DNA from: Octopus bimaculoides | Lineage: Eukaryota | Assembly: GCF_001194135.2 (NCBI RefSeq) | Contig: NC_068985.1 | Coordinates: forward strand, 49,331,422-49,366,745 | Direction of reading: 5' to 3' | Length of the DNA stretch: 35,324 nt | Shown: piece after piece, positions 32,307 to 35,324 of the stretch | How the letters are laid out: each line of letters opens with the position of its first letter | How positions within the stretch are numbered: position 1 is the first letter of the stretch | The notes under the pieces: model-generated | What the model was told of the DNA's origin: nothing | What the model saw: the letters and a program-made list of their open reading frames with translations, nothing else | Databases searched by the model: none | Position numbers and translations under genes: made by a program

Positions 32307-32807
32307 CAACAAGCCAAGTGAGATCCTAGCTGTGGCCTGTACCAGTGTCGCATAACTGGCCCATTTAAGAGTACCCTTCAATCGTTGGGTAATATATTGT
32401 GCTTGAGAAGACCTGTTGAGTCAAGTGAAATTGTTGTTGTTGCCAATGTCAGTAGTGCCTGACTGGTACCCATGCCAGTGGCACATAAACATCACCATCT
32501 GTGTGTGATTGATGCCAGTGCTGCCAGACTGGCTCCCATATCAGTGGCACATAAAAAGCACCATACAAGAGTAGTCAATGCCAATGCCACCTGACTGGCC
32601 CCCATGTTGGTGGCACATAAAAAGCACCCACCACACTCTTGGAGTGGTTGGTGTTAGGAAGGGCATCCAGCTGTAGAAACCTTGCCAGACTAGATTGGAG
32701 CCTGGTGCAGCCTCCTGGTTTGCCAGTCCTCAGTCAAACCATCCAGCCCATACCAGCATAGAAAGCGAATGTTAAACAATGATGATGACGATGATGATGA
32801 TGATGAT
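32307..32807 (+). mobile_element. RTE-LINE 3' UTR copy with three tandem units and (GAT)n tail
   Basis: Colinear with 8685-9150 (aagtgagatc, gaagacctgttgagtcaagt, gagtggttggtgttaggaagggcatccagctgtagaaac). Confidence 0.88.
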
Positions 32808-32812
32808 ATATT

Positions 32813-33135
32813 AGTCATGGTTGTGTGGTAAATAACCTGATTTCCAATAACACATTTCTGGGGTCAGCCACATTGCGTGGTACTTTGGACAAGTGTCTTC
32901 TATAGGCCTGGGTTGACCAAAACCTTGTGAGTGAATTTGATAGATGGAATCTTAAAGAAGCCAGTTGTGTGTGTGTGTGTGAGCATACATGCATGCATGT
33001 GTCGGTGTGTGTCTGCGTCTTTGTGTTTGTTTCCCACCACTGCTTGACAACTGATATTAGTTTCTTTACATCCTCACAACACAGCTGTTCAGCAAAAGTG
33101 ACTGATAAAATAAATCACAGCCTTAGAAAAAATAT
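32813..33135 (+). mobile_element. SINE family C, 5' half + internal (TG)n + part of 3' half (diverged)
   Basis: Links the 5' module seen at 19957 and 22717 to the 3' module seen at 12501-12760. Confidence 0.82.
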
Positions 33136-33225
33136 AATAACTGCTAAACACTTCAAAGCAATCTAATGACTAATACAAAATAGAAGATAAAAAATATACA
33201 TATACATACATACATAGTACTAAAT

Positions 33226-33269
<44 letters not shown>

Positions 33270-33292
33270 GAAAGAATATATATATATATATG

Positions 33293-33552
33293 CTGAGACC
33301 CCTTTCAGTCATGACAGACCATGGGATTGCACCTAGAAAGTTACCCTCCCAGGCATAAGTCCGGGCAAGGTTGTTTGTGGAAGACCAGCAGTCACTCATG
33401 CATACTGGCCTCTCCTCTCCACCTCACCAGTGTTATCCAAGGGAAAGGTAAAGGGGCCGATACAGCTTGGCACCTGTGACGTCGCAACTCATTTTTACAG
33501 CTGAGTGAACTGGAGCAACGTGAAATAAAGTGTCTTGCTCAAGAACACAGCA
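33293..33552 (-). mobile_element. SINE core type A joined to a third tail (Z); head missing
   Basis: 33487-33552 actcatttttacagctgagtgaactggagcaacgtgaaataaagtgtcttgctcaagaacac matches 2467-2530 and 8001-8065; 33293-33486 is unrelated to tails X and Y. Confidence 0.8.
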
Positions 33553-33839
33553 TGAATATATATATATATACATGAATATANNNNNNNNNNNNNNNNNNNN
33601 NNNNNNNNNNNNNNNNNNNNNNNNNNNNNNNNNNNNNNNNNNNNNNNNNNNNNNNNNNNNNNNNNNNNNNNNNNNNNNNNNNNNNNNNNNNNNNNNNNNN
33701 NNNNNNNNNNNNNNNNNNNNNNNNNNNNNNNNNNNNNNNNNNNNNNNNNNNNNNNNNNNNNGGTGGTAGGGGATTCACAAAATGCCTCTGTAAACAACCA
33801 AGATGCATTTCCTTTCTCAACATTTTTCTTCAGTATGTC

Positions 33840-33894
<55 letters not shown>

Positions 33895-34733
33895 TTCCTC
33901 ATACCAGATAACCTGCCAGACATACTCCAAATACATAAGCAGTTTAGTTCTTTAGAAATATGGTCGCAAAAGAGATTTCTGTTTTAGCCTTAAGAAAGCA
34001 TTAAATAATGTACTATTTGATATACAAAATAACAGGATGGCCACGGCTGGAAAGACTTCACTATAAATCTATTCTGTCAAGCCTGATTAACACTAGAACT
34101 AAACGAGAGCAACAACAGCAACTACAAGAAGTGTATAGCTTTGCAAGTGATTCTGTATAGTTATATTAGTGAGTTTATGCACATGTTCATATATGTGTGT
34201 ATTTGTATATGTGTATGTGTATGCAAGAGAGTGTGTGTATGCACATGTATGTATGTATGCATGTGTACTTAATACAGATATCTAATCACTGAAACTAAAC
34301 GGTTTTCACAGCTGATTAGTAGGGTAAATTAGGTGATGTAAGAATAATCCTTTTTTTTTTTTTACTGACGAACCAAGACCTGCTGAGCTTAAGCAGCTGA
34401 AATACAGTCCACAACAACACTGTTATTAGCTCTACTATATGTCATTATATAATGTTAAACCATTGTCCAGTTAAACACCACTTCAACCTAACTACCCTTG
34501 AATATCTTTTGCAGAGCCTATTCTTTTGGAAGTGTTTGGACTAGGTCGCTTGTTTGAAGATATACCATGATCCATGGTTTATTTTACCCATCCACCTTCC
34601 ACCAGACTCAGTGTTCATTTATTTATTTAAGTGATCAACCAATTTCTTTGGTATTGTGTCAGAGGAAATCAGTGTATGGTTGAACAATTACTAGATAAGT
34701 ACTAGATAAAGTACTAGATAAACAGTATTCAAA

Positions 34734-34771
<38 letters not shown>

Positions 34772-34964
34772 ACACACACAGAGCAACAGCTGAATAACCT
34801 GTCTGAAGACCAGTCAATCTCAGCAAAAATGAGATTCTAAAGAATATCATTTATGTCTTTACTTCGACACTCAACCTACTCTGTCAAGCCTTTCCTAACA
34901 GCTCATCTTCCTAACAACCATCCTTTCGTCACTCTCCTAACTACAGAACTACTCATTCAGGTCT

Positions 34965-35165
34965 TCCACCACCATTTGACAACCAGTGTTTACATCCTCG
35001 TAACATAGCGGTTCAGCCAAAGAAACTGATAGAATATGCACCAGAATTTAAAAATAAAAAAAATAGGTACGAGGGGTAATTAATTCATTTGACTATAAAT
35101 TCTTCACAGAAGTACCTCTGCATGACTGCAGTCTTATGATTGAAACAAGTAAAAGAAAAAAAAAA
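34965..35165 (+). mobile_element. 3' half of SINE family C (diverged)
   Basis: ttgacaacc..gtgtttacatcctcgtaacatagcggttcagccaaag..tgattgaaacaagtaaaaga matches the reverse complement of 12510-12690. Confidence 0.78.
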
Positions 35166-35268
35166 TAATAAAAGATACACACACAAATACATATGCATAT
35201 ATATGCTTGCATAATCATGCATATACATGCATACGTATACATACATATATGTATATATGTACATACAC

Positions 35269-35324
<56 letters not shown>

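Noticed and set aside
72-35270. Most ORFs in the supplied six-frame track (poly-H/I/V/T/D/CV/YI and X-rich)
   Set aside because: They are translations of microsatellites or N gaps, not genes.

Overview
Gene-poor, AT-rich eukaryotic DNA from a gapped short-read assembly (roughly 5.4 kb of N). It is dominated by di-, tri- and tetranucleotide microsatellites and short interspersed repeats. The repeat landscape looks like a cephalopod (Octopus-type) genome; this is inference from pattern recognition, not a database result. No intact protein-coding gene can be identified, and almost all supplied ORFs are microsatellite or N artefacts. Supported features: at least four tRNA-derived SINE families with shuffled head/core/tail modules (some with clear target-site duplications), a decayed RTE-clade LINE 3' end plus several copies of its 3' UTR, a hAT/Charlie-type MITE, a TTAA-flanked piggyBac-type MITE nested in a SINE, a non-autonomous Helitron, two fold-back elements, and a ~1.3 kb duplication that may be an assembly artefact. 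The stand-out signal is at 23.8-23.9 kb: seven perfect, contiguous, alternating nGAAn units (a maximal heat-shock element) followed on the minus strand by TATATAAA at -30 and an Initiator-like TCA(+1)TTG. This promoter points into ~900 bp of unique, ORF-less, hairpin-dense sequence carrying a duplicated 38-bp motif. It is a candidate heat-shock-inducible structured non-coding RNA or pri-miRNA; a non-coding first exon or a stress-responsive LTR are the alternatives. Two weak minus-strand exon candidates are also noted.
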